From assembly GCA_964474825.1 (NCBI GenBank), contig CAYYWQ010000001.1:1130184-1194183 (forward strand): DNA of 64,000 nt. Reading direction: 5' to 3'. The DNA comes from an uncultured Candidatus Saccharibacteria bacterium. GTDB taxonomy: Bacteria; Patescibacteriota; Doudnabacteria; UBA920. The notes under the pieces are model-generated. The model was not told where the DNA came from. It was given only the letters and a program-made list of their open reading frames with translations, and made no database searches. The position numbers and the translations under genes are program-made. Shown in pieces: positions 20,662 to 31,100 of the stretch; the stretch's first letter is position 1, and every line of letters begins with the position of its first letter.

Positions 20662-20700
20662 ACTGCATGAAAAAAATCGCCCACAAGGCGATTTTTTGTT
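20662..20700 (+). terminator. Terminator-like element, copy A of a roughly 40-bp direct repeat
   Basis: ACTGCATGAAAAAAA + hairpin tcgccc-acaa-ggcga + TTTTTTGT. The same architecture recurs at 23128-23168. Confidence 0.55.
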
Positions 20701-20770
20701 TGGTAATTTACTCTTGATTTTTCAAGAGTTTTATGGTATTTTATAGAGTCCCGAAGGAGGGATAATACAA

Positions 20771-23014
20771 ATGCTACTTTACCAGATTGCACCTCTGGTT
20801 GATTTTTTGAGCGGGAACAAACCATCTCGCTCCGCTTTGGATTCCTTCCTTCAGGGAAAGCTGAAGGCTGGGGCACATCCATTTTTCCTGATGCAACTCA
20901 TGATCTTCGTGTCTGCGTCTTGCCCGGATCGGGCGGACTATCTGACAGATGCGGGTATTAGGGCTTTGAAACGAGTGAAGGACCGTTTGCAACAAGTTCC
21001 TGATGTTCCAGGAACCGAAGTCCAGGATCCGTTGCAACGCATATACGATGCGCCCGATGTCCCTCGTAAGACTGACGAGGGTATTATCCACGGCGTCGTA
21101 ATTGAGTCCTGCATGAACCTCATCCAGTCAAAAGTCGGCGGATCAATCCCAACTAGCGGATGGAAGAATTGGATGGGGACCGTTAGTTTAATTTGTAAGC
21201 ATCCTCAATCGACAGTTGCCGTTTTGGACAACATCGTCCAATTGACCTCTGGAATGGTAGAGCAGGATAGTCGTTTCCCAAAAGGAATGGCAGAGATGTT
21301 TGAGGCTATCCAACAAGAATTCTTCCAGAGGAGAGCTCAGCAGATTGGACTGAAGCGCTTGGTTGGGGAATTGGTTGAAACATGGAGCTTGGATTCAGCT
21401 TATCGATTCTTCGCTCTGCTCGTTCATCTTTTCCTTGCGGCAACCGATCCCGCTCAACCGTTGGGTGCGGATGTTCCTGGGACCACGATCTTGCGGACAA
21501 TTTTGGAAATCAAGGACAAGTCTTTGACTCAAGCAAAAAAGGAAATCCTTGACTATCCTTTGTTTTCCGCTTCCGAAGCCGACACTGACTATGACACTTC
21601 CATGATTGTGTCGAGGGCGGCACAGGTACTTGTGGAGATGCTCAAGGCAGAGTTGCCGGCTGTCGAAACCGTCCATGCCATCGCTAAACTTCTGAAAACG
21701 GTTAATCGTACCAACCGTGAGCAGTGGGTGGCTTATCTCGCGTTTCAAGCCAAACCGACTCTTGGCATCGACCCGCGCAGCGCCGACCTTTTAGAGAGTC
21801 TGCTGGGAGCAGAAGCTTGGAAGGCTTTGTGTGAACTTTCCAACCCAAAACATTGGGGTACTAACGTCCAGGTCACTACCGGTTTTAGACTTTATACCGG
21901 CTTGGATACCACATCGGAGGAGTACCGAGTTTTTTTTGGGAAGCTCCGCGCCATCGACTTCGATCATCACAACACCAGATTGGCTGAACTGTTGGACCGT
22001 CAGGTTCACGCCTCGGACCATACGCCTAAAGAAGCCAAGGACGCTTGCGACCGAGTTGTAAATCTCCTCGCCGGTGACACCGTTTTCAACTCCACCCATC
22101 TCCGCTTGGAATGGATGCGAGTCAAGCGCCGCGCTGACGAATTTCTCGGCGCTCACATTCCGCGCATTGATGTTGCCGTTCATCCGAAGTTCGGAGAGAG
22201 CGGTACCGCTTGCAAGTTCCGGATTTTCTTTACGGAATTGCCTGACGACCAGATTAGCGGCCTTATGGGACCGGAAGGGGAGATTGAGTTCAATAATATT
22301 GTTCTCCTTACTCTTTTCGGTCGAGACGGGCTGCGCGCTGCAGTGCTTGAATCCCTCGGCGCTATCCTGATTCCGCGTTATCTTGAACGGATACCAAGTC
22401 CGTTGCGCGGCGGCTTTGGCGGCAACTTTACTGGCGAGGTTTGGGCAGCGCGTCCTGCCTACCATACGCTGATACAAGTCCAGGAGAATCCCGATCCTGT
22501 CGGGCCTTCCTTCGGCAACCGTATTAACCCGGAAATCGCCAGGCTCGTGTTCCTATGGCTAACAGGCGAGGCCGCGGACTGTCCTTTCCGTCTGTATCGT
22601 AAGGTCAAGGAGAAACCCGAAGGGGAACAAACCGAGGACACTTACTACGTCGGTTGGGATTCGGCGAAACACTACCTTCTCTCCGAGAAGGTGACGCTAT
22701 CGCAGGTTTACCTGCGCACTGTTCGGGCACATACCAAGCCGGTCGGTGTCAAAGTCGAAAACGACGGTACGGTTGTGGTGCGGCAAGTCAGCGACAGGGC
22801 CAAACGCAACTACCGGCGATTTTTGTCCGACACCGGGCGACAGCTCGACATGACTCCAGTTCGCAAGACCTGCGAGTTACCCGGCGGTGTGCGGATTGTT
22901 CTCACTCTGGAGCGTACCTTCAACCAAGGGACTTTCAACTCCCTGGACGAAGTCTGGGTAATGATCCCGGACTTAACCTTGAAGGCCGACGCGAAACGTA
23001 GCTTTAAATTCTGA
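20771..23014 (+). CDS. Hypothetical 747-aa protein, GC-rich, no recognisable domains
   Basis: SD AAGGAGGG 8 nt before ATG. A 2.2-kb ORF without stops in 53-55% GC DNA. A palindrome (ctcttga-tttt-tcaagag) lies in its promoter region. Codon usage differs from the host. Confidence 0.55.
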   Translation: MLLYQIAPLVDFLSGNKPSRSALDSFLQGKLKAGAHPFFLMQLMIFVSASCPDRADYLTDAGIRALKRVKDRLQQVPDVPGTEVQDPLQRIYDAPDVPRKTDEGIIHGVVIESCMNLIQSKVGGSIPTSGWKNWMGTVSLICKHPQSTVAVLDNIVQLTSGMVEQDSRFPKGMAEMFEAIQQEFFQRRAQQIGLKRLVGELVETWSLDSAYRFFALLVHLFLAATDPAQPLGADVPGTTILRTILEIKDKSLTQAKKEILDYPLFSASEADTDYDTSMIVSRAAQVLVEMLKAELPAVETVHAIAKLLKTVNRTNREQWVAYLAFQAKPTLGIDPRSADLLESLLGAEAWKALCELSNPKHWGTNVQVTTGFRLYTGLDTTSEEYRVFFGKLRAIDFDHHNTRLAELLDRQVHASDHTPKEAKDACDRVVNLLAGDTVFNSTHLRLEWMRVKRRADEFLGAHIPRIDVAVHPKFGESGTACKFRIFFTELPDDQISGLMGPEGEIEFNNIVLLTLFGRDGLRAAVLESLGAILIPRYLERIPSPLRGGFGGNFTGEVWAARPAYHTLIQVQENPDPVGPSFGNRINPEIARLVFLWLTGEAADCPFRLYRKVKEKPEGEQTEDTYYVGWDSAKHYLLSEKVTLSQVYLRTVRAHTKPVGVKVENDGTVVVRQVSDRAKRNYRRFLSDTGRQLDMTPVRKTCELPGGVRIVLTLERTFNQGTFNSLDEVWVMIPDLTLKADAKRSFKF

Positions 23015-23127
23015 TCCCACACATGGGGTTGGGGGCAAGTTCTTCGTGGACTTGCCTGACCTTTTAAGTTCGTAAATTTATTTGTGAATTTGAAAGGTAA
23101 AAAATTTTAACTTTGTATTAAGAACGG

Positions 23128-23168
23128 ACTGCATGAAAAAAACTACCCGCAAGGGTAGTTTTTTGTAT
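23128..23168. terminator. Terminator-like element, copy B of the direct repeat (bidirectional terminator for convergent genes)
   Basis: ACTGCATGAAAAAAA + hairpin ctaccc-gcaa-gggtag + TTTTTTGT. Compensatory stem changes relative to copy A. Confidence 0.55.
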
Positions 23169-23186
23169 ATCAAACTTTATTTAATT

Positions 23187-24395
23187 TTACATTTGGTCGG
23201 GAGCGGAGGGGTAGTTTTGAAGTTCTTGGTCGGTTACGATTTGTATGTTGGCAACGCTTAGGCCTAAGCGGTAAAATACAGTCATGGAAGGGATGCCGCT
23301 TTTTTGTCCGTTTATTATTAGGTAGACAGTTGGGTTAGTTGCAGTTTTTATTGCCGCTCCATTTTGTGCCATGACAGGCATGCTGCTGAGTAGGGAGGAG
23401 TCAAACTGGGTAGGGGAAATTGTTTGGACTTGCGACCACTGGTATCCGCGGTTTAAGAATGAGTCGGCGGAGTTAAATGGCGCGTACTGCCCGTTTGTTA
23501 CAAGGTAAATTGTGGGAGTGCCACTCACCTGGATTAATGAGCCATTGGCAAAAGATGAGTTTGGCATTTGGATGCTGCCGGAAGGTGAGGTGGAAGCCTG
23601 AGTAACAGTGAAAGGGATGGTGTAAGTATTTCCGTTTGAGGAAACCGTAATGTTGTAGGTTCCGGGAGTTATAACATTGGAGGTAGTAGGGCAGGTGCCC
23701 GCCGCGGTGGTGGTTGTAGCATTATTGGTTATTGTGGCGGGGTAGAGCGACGAAGAACATGGCTGCGTGTAAGTCGGTACTGTAAACTGTAAAGCACTGC
23801 CGTTTGAATTTCCGGTTGCGGAAATGTAAGATCCGTTACCAAACTGGATGCTGGGGTTTGGGTAAGTCGGAAAACCGGATCCGTTTAGGGTAACTACGCT
23901 GCCCGGTGCTCCGGAGTTGGAACTCAAGGAAAAATTCGATGGCGCGTTAGAGGTTGGGGTAAAGGAGGGGACAGTAATAATTTGTGAGCTTGTGCCGGTT
24001 GCCGCAAAAGCCTGGTTACCGTTTCCGGAAATATTTAATAAATATTGTCCAGAAGGAATTATCCTGCCGGTAACATCCGTGGCAACATTCCCATTGTAGT
24101 AGCCGTTGTTGGGAACACCTGCGGCAATTTGGTAAGGAGAAGTCCCGTAACAAGTTACTGTTGTGCCATTCATGGGGCACGAAGTTGAAGAGTACGGCAC
24201 TAAAGAAATATTTGCGTTGGTGGAGGTTGAAGAGTACGGCACTGTCCAGTTAATGCTTTGGCTGTTTCCGCTATACCAAGTTTGGCCGCCATTGGTGCTC
24301 GGGGCCGGGAGTATAATCGGGCCGGTATCGGCGGAAGCTTTTAGTGTAAAGCTTAAAGCCAAAACCGCGGCTACTAAAAGATATTTTATTTTCAT
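23187..24395 (-). CDS. Secreted Ser/Thr/Asn-rich surface protein (signal peptide, low complexity)
   Basis: N-terminal 'MKIKYLLVAAVLALSFTLKASA' signal peptide. The remaining ~380 aa are S/T/N/G-rich, with repeated 'SxNGN/Y' patterns. No catalytic motif. Confidence 0.55.
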   Translation of the reverse strand: MKIKYLLVAAVLALSFTLKASADTGPIILPAPSTNGGQTWYSGNSQSINWTVPYSSTSTNANISLVPYSSTSCPMNGTTVTCYGTSPYQIAAGVPNNGYYNGNVATDVTGRIIPSGQYLLNISGNGNQAFAATGTSSQIITVPSFTPTSNAPSNFSLSSNSGAPGSVVTLNGSGFPTYPNPSIQFGNGSYISATGNSNGSALQFTVPTYTQPCSSSLYPATITNNATTTTAAGTCPTTSNVITPGTYNITVSSNGNTYTIPFTVTQASTSPSGSIQMPNSSFANGSLIQVSGTPTIYLVTNGQYAPFNSADSFLNRGYQWSQVQTISPTQFDSSLLSSMPVMAQNGAAIKTATNPTVYLIINGQKSGIPSMTVFYRLGLSVANIQIVTDQELQNYPSAPDQM

Positions 24396-24755
24396 ATCTT
24401 TTTTCCTTTCGCGACTTGTGCGTGCTAATTTAATTTAACGCTGTACAAGTCCAGATTAATATTTTTACAAAAAAACAAAACCGCACAATTAAATAAGATT
24501 GTCCGGTTTCGCCACTAGCCCTGCCCGCCATAATTTTTTAAATTTAGGCGGGCTATCTGTGATTATAAGGCGGCCAAATAATAAATCGCAGGTTACGGGC
24601 TTACAGTTTTATTAAATTTTAACAATTCTGCACCTTGTTTTAATATAACGCAAAGCATGTTTTATTGTTTCGTCCTGAGTTAAGAATAATTTTGAGGTCA
24701 TTTTTTCTTTAACACATTTTGTGAAAATTTAAGGACATGATATAAGGCCAAATTA

Positions 24756-24784
24756 TTGACATAAGGGCTAAAATTTGCTATACT
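24756..24784 (+). promoter_or_regulatory. Near-consensus sigma70-type promoter (TTGACA-17-TATACT) upstream of the HTH/giant-protein operon
   Basis: TTGACA at 24756-61, a 17-nt spacer, TATACT at 24779-84, in a 530-bp AT-rich intergenic region. Confidence 0.45.
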
Positions 24785-24933
24785 TATGAGGTATAAAGTA
24801 TCGGCTAGCCTATAGTGTATCGTAAAAGCAAAGCAGGCGTGCTGATAAACAACAGTGAAACAAAAAAACAATTAAATATCTACTCTGTTGCCTCCAAAAT
24901 TTTGAGGCGCGGAAGAGTGTCTAGAACGCCTGT

Positions 24934-25188
24934 ATGTCACCGCTGCAAAAACAGCTAATGGCGGCGTCGGACCAGCTTATTGGCGTAAGCCAAGCAGCGC
25001 GTCTGACTCCTTACTCGGCTGAATATTTAAGTTTACTTGCCCGCAAAGGCAAACTCAATGCTGTAAAAATTAACCGCGACTGGGTTACTACTCCCCAGGC
25101 GGTTTTAAGTTATGTAAAAAAACAGGAACGCAAACACTCAAAAATCTTAAAGGGGCTACAAGAAGCGGAAAGGACAATAGCTCCGTGA
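24934..25188 (+). CDS. Small helix-turn-helix DNA-binding protein (excisionase/MerR-type HTH_17-like)
   Basis: 'IGVSQAARLTPYSAEYLSLLARKGKLNAVKINRDWVTTPQAVLSYV' matches the excisionase-family HTH pattern (…G.LPA.KIGRRWRI…). Its TGA stop overlaps the GTG start of the giant ORF (GTGA). Confidence 0.6.
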   Translation: MSPLQKQLMAASDQLIGVSQAARLTPYSAEYLSLLARKGKLNAVKINRDWVTTPQAVLSYVKKQERKHSKILKGLQEAERTIAP

Positions 25189-28100
25189 AAATAAAACTTG
25201 AAAAAAATAAAATCCCCAGAACAGCAAGCCATTTCAAAAAACGGAAGGTTTTGGCTGGAAAAGCTAAAAACTCAGCGGACACTATGGAGCAAAAGATTAA
25301 ACAAATATTTAAAGTTCCGGGTGAGGTTTCCAAGAAAAAGATTGCCAAGCGGAAAATTATAACAAAAGACATACTGCCGGTTATAGACGTTGAGTCTCCG
25401 GAGTTTGCAAAGATGGTGGAAATTTTTCCGGCATCGCGTTTGAAGGACGCGGTTATTCAGGGCAGTAAAATTTTGCTTAAGCCAATTAAGGTTCCAACCT
25501 TTGCCAAAGCAGGAGCCTTGCTTTTGCTTTTAAGTTTTGGAGTTTACGGCGCGACTTTAAGCAAAAATTATTTGGAGCAGGGTTTGCTTAAACAGTTGGC
25601 CAGTAAGCAGCAGGCCGCTAAACCTGTTGCGCAAAATAAAATAAATCCAAAAATTAAAGATGGCGCAATAGCCAAGTTAAGCCGGGCTGTGCCAAGAGTT
25701 TTGGGGGAGTCCACAACCTCTCAATCAAATTCAAATCTGCCTGCGCAAATTAGAAATATTTTAGACCAGTATATTAAAGAAGGAAAAATTACAGGACAAA
25801 AAGGCGAGCCGGGGGAACCTGGACGAGCAGGAGGTTCTGTTGTTGGTTCAGCCCCTATAATTTATTATCCGCCAAATCCTTCCCAAAATTTTACCGGCGG
25901 TACTTATTTGGGTGTTACAAATCTTTCTTCCCAAAATCATACGGTTACCAATAATTTAACCGTAAGCGGCAATACGACCATTGCCGGCGCTTTGAATGTT
26001 TCAAATTTTTCCATAAATGGAATAACCGTGGCCGGAAGCGCGCAGTGGGCCGCGGACGGAAATAATATTTCTTACAGCCGAGGAAATGTGAGTGTTGGTA
26101 CGGCCAGTTCTTCCGGACAACTTACGGTGTTAGACAGCGCCGCGGGAAGTTACTACGGCAGCGAGCTGGTGAACAACGGTAATTTTTCCGGAAGCACTGA
26201 AGGCTGGACTTTAGGAGATTCCTGGGGTTATTCAACTAATGGCGTAGGTTTTGTTGCCCCGGTTTTTTCCGGTGCTGTAACTCGGTTTAGCGCTACAGAG
26301 TCGGCCGGAAGCGGGTATAGTGTGGGTGATGTTTTAACTTTACTCCCCGGCACGTCTGACCCTGCGGGCACAGGTGGGACAATTACTGTAACCGCTGTGG
26401 CAACAAACGGACAAATAGAAAGCATGAGGGGAATGGAAGCCATCGGTCGGGATTATAACGTAAATCAGATTGTAGATGTTGTGGGTGGCAGCGGCAGCGG
26501 CGCGCAACTTTTAATTACCAATATGGACGGTGAAGGAGGTGTAGAAGATTTTGTAATTCAAAATCCAGGCAGCGGTTATTCTTCGGGTTGTGATACTTAC
26601 GAAGTAGAGGGCACCAGCGGGCATGATTTCCGGCCAATACTTTGCGCAGGCAGCAGTGGCGGCGTGGTTAGTTTTACTTTGAGAAGCGGGGGAAGCGGGT
26701 ATTTGGAAGAAGAGCATAATACCAGCGGCGGCCATGGCAGCGGGTTTGTTGCCAACATTCGTGAGGTTTCCGCTTTGGGAACCATTGATTTAATCCCGGG
26801 GTTTGACGACGGCCATTACGGCACTGGCTACCATGTAGGTGACGTGTTAACTGTTTTGCCAGGCATAGGTGACAACGAAGCCAGCGGCGGCACGTTGACC
26901 GTAACCGAAGTTTCCAACGGAGAAATATTTGCCTCTTCCATTCAGAACGACGGCATTGGTTACCAAGTAGGCGACGTGCTTACTATTCCTGGTGGCACCG
27001 GCGGGGAATATACTGTTAGCGGAATAGACGAAGCCGGTGACGGACATATTGAAAGCATTGCCGGCATAAATGGCGCTGACCAAATGGGCAGCGGTTATGA
27101 GCGAGGGGACATTTTAAATGTAGCGGCCGGCACCGGTGGGCAAATTACTATTGACGCGGTTTTAGACGGCCAGGTTTTCTTTGCTTTTCCGGAAACAGTT
27201 GCCAATGCCGGTAGCGGCTACGCGGCAGATGACATAATTACAGTAAACGGTGGTGACGGACCTGTAGATTTAATTATTGTAGAAGTTGCAAACGACAGTT
27301 TAGGATTATGGGAACCCAATACCGCAGACGGCAACAACGGAGTTACTGCTTCGGGTACTGGTTATAGTGTAGGTGATATTGTAAATGTTGATGGCGGCAG
27401 TGGAGGACAATTATATGTACAAGTCGTAGACGAAAATGGTGGTGTGCAAAGCTATAGTGTTTATGAAAATGGAAGCGGCTACACGCTGGGATATAACGCC
27501 TATGCTACTTCTTATGGCGGCAGCGGCACGGGTTTTGTGGCAAATGTAGGTGTGCTCCCCGAAGGTGGGGTTCTGTTTGCGGAAAGTAACAGCAGTCATA
27601 ACGGCACCGGTTACACTTCCGGAAATTACAGCGTAACAGGCGGCAGCGGCAGTGGTTTCTCGCCAATGGTACTGGCTGGAGATATAAGTTTTGGTTTTTT
27701 CACAGAGGCGAATATTCATAATCCGGGCAGCGGGTATGTGCCGGGGGATATAATTACTATTTCCGGCGGCAGTGGCGCTAAAATAATCATAGCCGGTACC
27801 AATAGCAGTGGCGGCGTAACAGACTGGAATCTTTATAAACCTGGCACAGGCTATACCGCGGGCTACGCTACTCATTCTACAACGGGTGGGTCGGGAACAG
27901 GTTTTAGTATGGATTTAGGTTTTCCAGATTTTGGCGGAATTGTGGATTCTGAGCTTACAGAAGCCGGCAGCGGCTATGCTTATGGAGTCCACCTGGCTCT
28001 CGGCGGCCATGGCAGCGGTTATATGCCTTTGCTAAATACTGAAAGTGAGTTGGGCGAACTGCAGTATAATGACTATCAACCTGTAAACGGCGGCAGTGGG

Positions 28101-31100
28101 TACCAAGTTGGGGATTTAGTAGATGTTTCCGGCGGCACCGGCGGTAAAGTTTTTGTCACTAGTGTTTCCCCAAGTGGTGCTGTAAGGACTATCTACATTG
28201 CCAGAAACGGCACAGGGTATGCTTCTGACTGGGCTTATAGGTCAACAACCGGCGGTTCAGGTACGGGCTTGTTAATTAACGCTTTTGCCAGGAATTATCA
28301 CAACAATGCAATAACCGCAGGTTCTATTACTTCAGCTGGCAGTGGCTATACCAGCGGGACTAATTTAACTTTAAGCGGCGGCTCAGGCAGCGGCGCCACA
28401 ATAAATATTACTGCTACTGGTTTAGGCGGAGCAATAAGTGAGGTAGATGTTACAACCGGGGGCTCTAATTATATTGCCGGGAATCATGCAGTTTCCGGCG
28501 GCCACGGTGCCGGCGCAGTGCCATTCCTGGCAGTTGAATCTGCCGCAGGCGGTAACCTCGTCCAGGATTTATCAATAGAATCCGGCCGTCGTTACCGAGT
28601 AAAATTCACTCTTTCAGGCGAAGAAGAGGGTTGTGTAAGCGTATTTTTAGGGGGAGCGCTTGTCTCAGGTGACAGTTTCTGCGGCGACACAATTGCTGAG
28701 GTAATAGTTGAGGCAGTTAACAGTAACGGTTTAATTTTTTCTCCTTCTTCCGATTTTATTGGCAACATTAGTCATGTTTCTGTTACCCAGCTTAAGCCTG
28801 GCGCGACCGCCGTTTCTATTGTAAACAGTAACAGCGGAAAAGTTTTGGGAATTTCAACAGGAATTTCCGGTGACAACATTTTCTTTGGCCAGGAGTCCGG
28901 AGGGTTTAATACTGACGGTTTAGGTAATGCGACTTTGGGTTATCAAACTTTATACAACAACGCAGAGGGCAGCAACAATTTGGCTCTTGGCTACCAGGCT
29001 GGTTTTAGTAATGCTAACGGCAGCAATAATATTTTTATTGGCAACCAGGCCGGTTACTCGGAAACCGGTTCCAATAAATTATATATTTCAAATAGTTCCA
29101 GTTCGCCACTAATATATGGCGATCTCACTGCCGGTCTTTTAGGTATTAACACCATAAATCCCAATGCCACTTTGGACGTTTTGGGTAACCCGGCCCAAAC
29201 AGGAACCGGCACTATTTCCGACGACGGCGACGGGAATATTACAGGCACCGGCACAGCTTTTACCACAGAGCTGCATAGAGGCGACATTGTAAGAGACAGT
29301 AATGGTGAAGAGGCAATTGTTATATATATAGAGAGCGATACCGTTATGCAGGTATCTAAAAATCTAAATGGTGACACAGACCAAACCTTTACATATAAAC
29401 ATCCCGTACTAAATGTTACTAATTACGGTGCGGATTTCCCCGCGCTTTCTGTTTCCGCAAGAGGGGGTTTGTCCAGCCTTAATAGTTATTCCTATGCCGG
29501 AGGCGTGAGCAGTATTGCCTGGGGAGACGACAACCTGGCCAGCGGTGACTATGCCGCGGCTTTTGGCTCCACCAATGCGGCTGGTGGTAATTTTTCTTTT
29601 ACTGCTGGTCTTGGCAATATTGTAGAAGGAGATGCGTCCGCGGCTTTTGGGTGGGGTAACAGTGTTTTTGGTCCTAATTCTTTGGCTCTTGGCAAATTTA
29701 ACTCAGTCCATGGTAATACTTCCATGGTGTTTGGTGAGAATATGCAGGTGGACGGCAGTAATTCTGTGGGTATTAACTTAAACTACTATGAGTATCCAAA
29801 CCTTACCCGTGACAATACCATGGCTATTATGGGAGGCAATGTGGGGATTGGTACAACAACGCCCGATGTGGCTCTTTCTGTGCAGGGGGACATAAACCTC
29901 ACGGGCAACATTTACAAAAACGGCAGCCTGTTTGGTGGCGGCGACAGTGCCTGGTCAACAACCTTAGGCAGTGACCTATATTTTGATGCCGGGAATGTTG
30001 GAATTGGCACGAGCAATCCAGCGGCTAATTTACATGTTTATGGGGAAGGCTCCGGTGAATTTACAGGAGGTTATGAGTCAGTTTTGGCTATTGAGTCCGC
30101 GGATGCTAACCCTTGGGCGCTTTCTATAAGAAGGCAAGATATAGGCGCTAGTTCCGACATTTCCTTATACAACAACGGTGACGAAACCACTGGCGACTGG
30201 CGCTTTGCCGTTGGCGACGGTGCCGATTCTTATTACACCCCGGTAGACATAAATAAGTATGGGCTAACTATTGGTGAGCAAGGTTTGGTTGGCGGCAATG
30301 CTTTAGCTATTTCTCCGGACGTTGGTGGCGGGATGCTTTATGGAACTATATCGGCTCCTGTGCCGTTTGCCTGGTCTTTGGGTTATACAAGCGATGTTAC
30401 GGTAACTTCAACCCCTGTTATAACTTGGAATGGTTTAGGGAAGGTTGGTATTGGTACTACTACTCCGGCTGCCCTGTTTGATATTCGTGGTTCAGATGGT
30501 TCTATTGGTAGCGGCCTTATTGCTGACGACGGTGACGGAAATATTACGGGAACTGATACAGCTTTTCTTGCTGAATTACAAGTAGGCGACTCTATTGAAT
30601 TCTATGGGGCTAACGCTCCCGGAATAATTACGGAAATAATTGATGATACTCATATGATAGTAAGCCATGTCCATACAGACCCGTTTATAGACTCAGGATT
30701 TAATTATCAAAGCCCTTTGCTGAGTGTAAGTAATGCTTATGAGGGCCTGCTTAATGTATATGGTTTAACCAACAGCGCAAGCTTAGGTGTAGGTAGTTTA
30801 GTTTCCGGTGGTTACTCTTATGCCCTGGGTGCATATAATACAGTTACTTCTCCATATACCGAAGGACCGGGCGGAGTTGCTATTGGCGGCGGTAATACAA
30901 TTTCTTCAGTGCTCGCTTCCGCAATTGGCGTGAACAACACAGTTACTGGAGACAGCTCAAATGCCTATGGTCTTTATAATACAGTTTCCGGACAAGATGC
31001 TTTTGCGATTGGCCGTTATTTGAACGCTACAAGCACGGGCGGATTTGTTTTAGGGTCAGGATATTCTTACGACCATTTATTAACCAACACCATAGACAGC

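Noticed and set aside
21791-22477. 228-aa minus-strand ORF and other long antisense ORFs inside 20771-23014
   Set aside because: Shadow ORFs expected in GC-rich coding DNA. No SD. The plus-strand 747-aa frame is uninterrupted and SD-initiated.
20504-24400. Expectation of a 23S rRNA gene downstream of the 16S
   Set aside because: None of the conserved 23S blocks is present anywhere in the window, so the 16S is unlinked.
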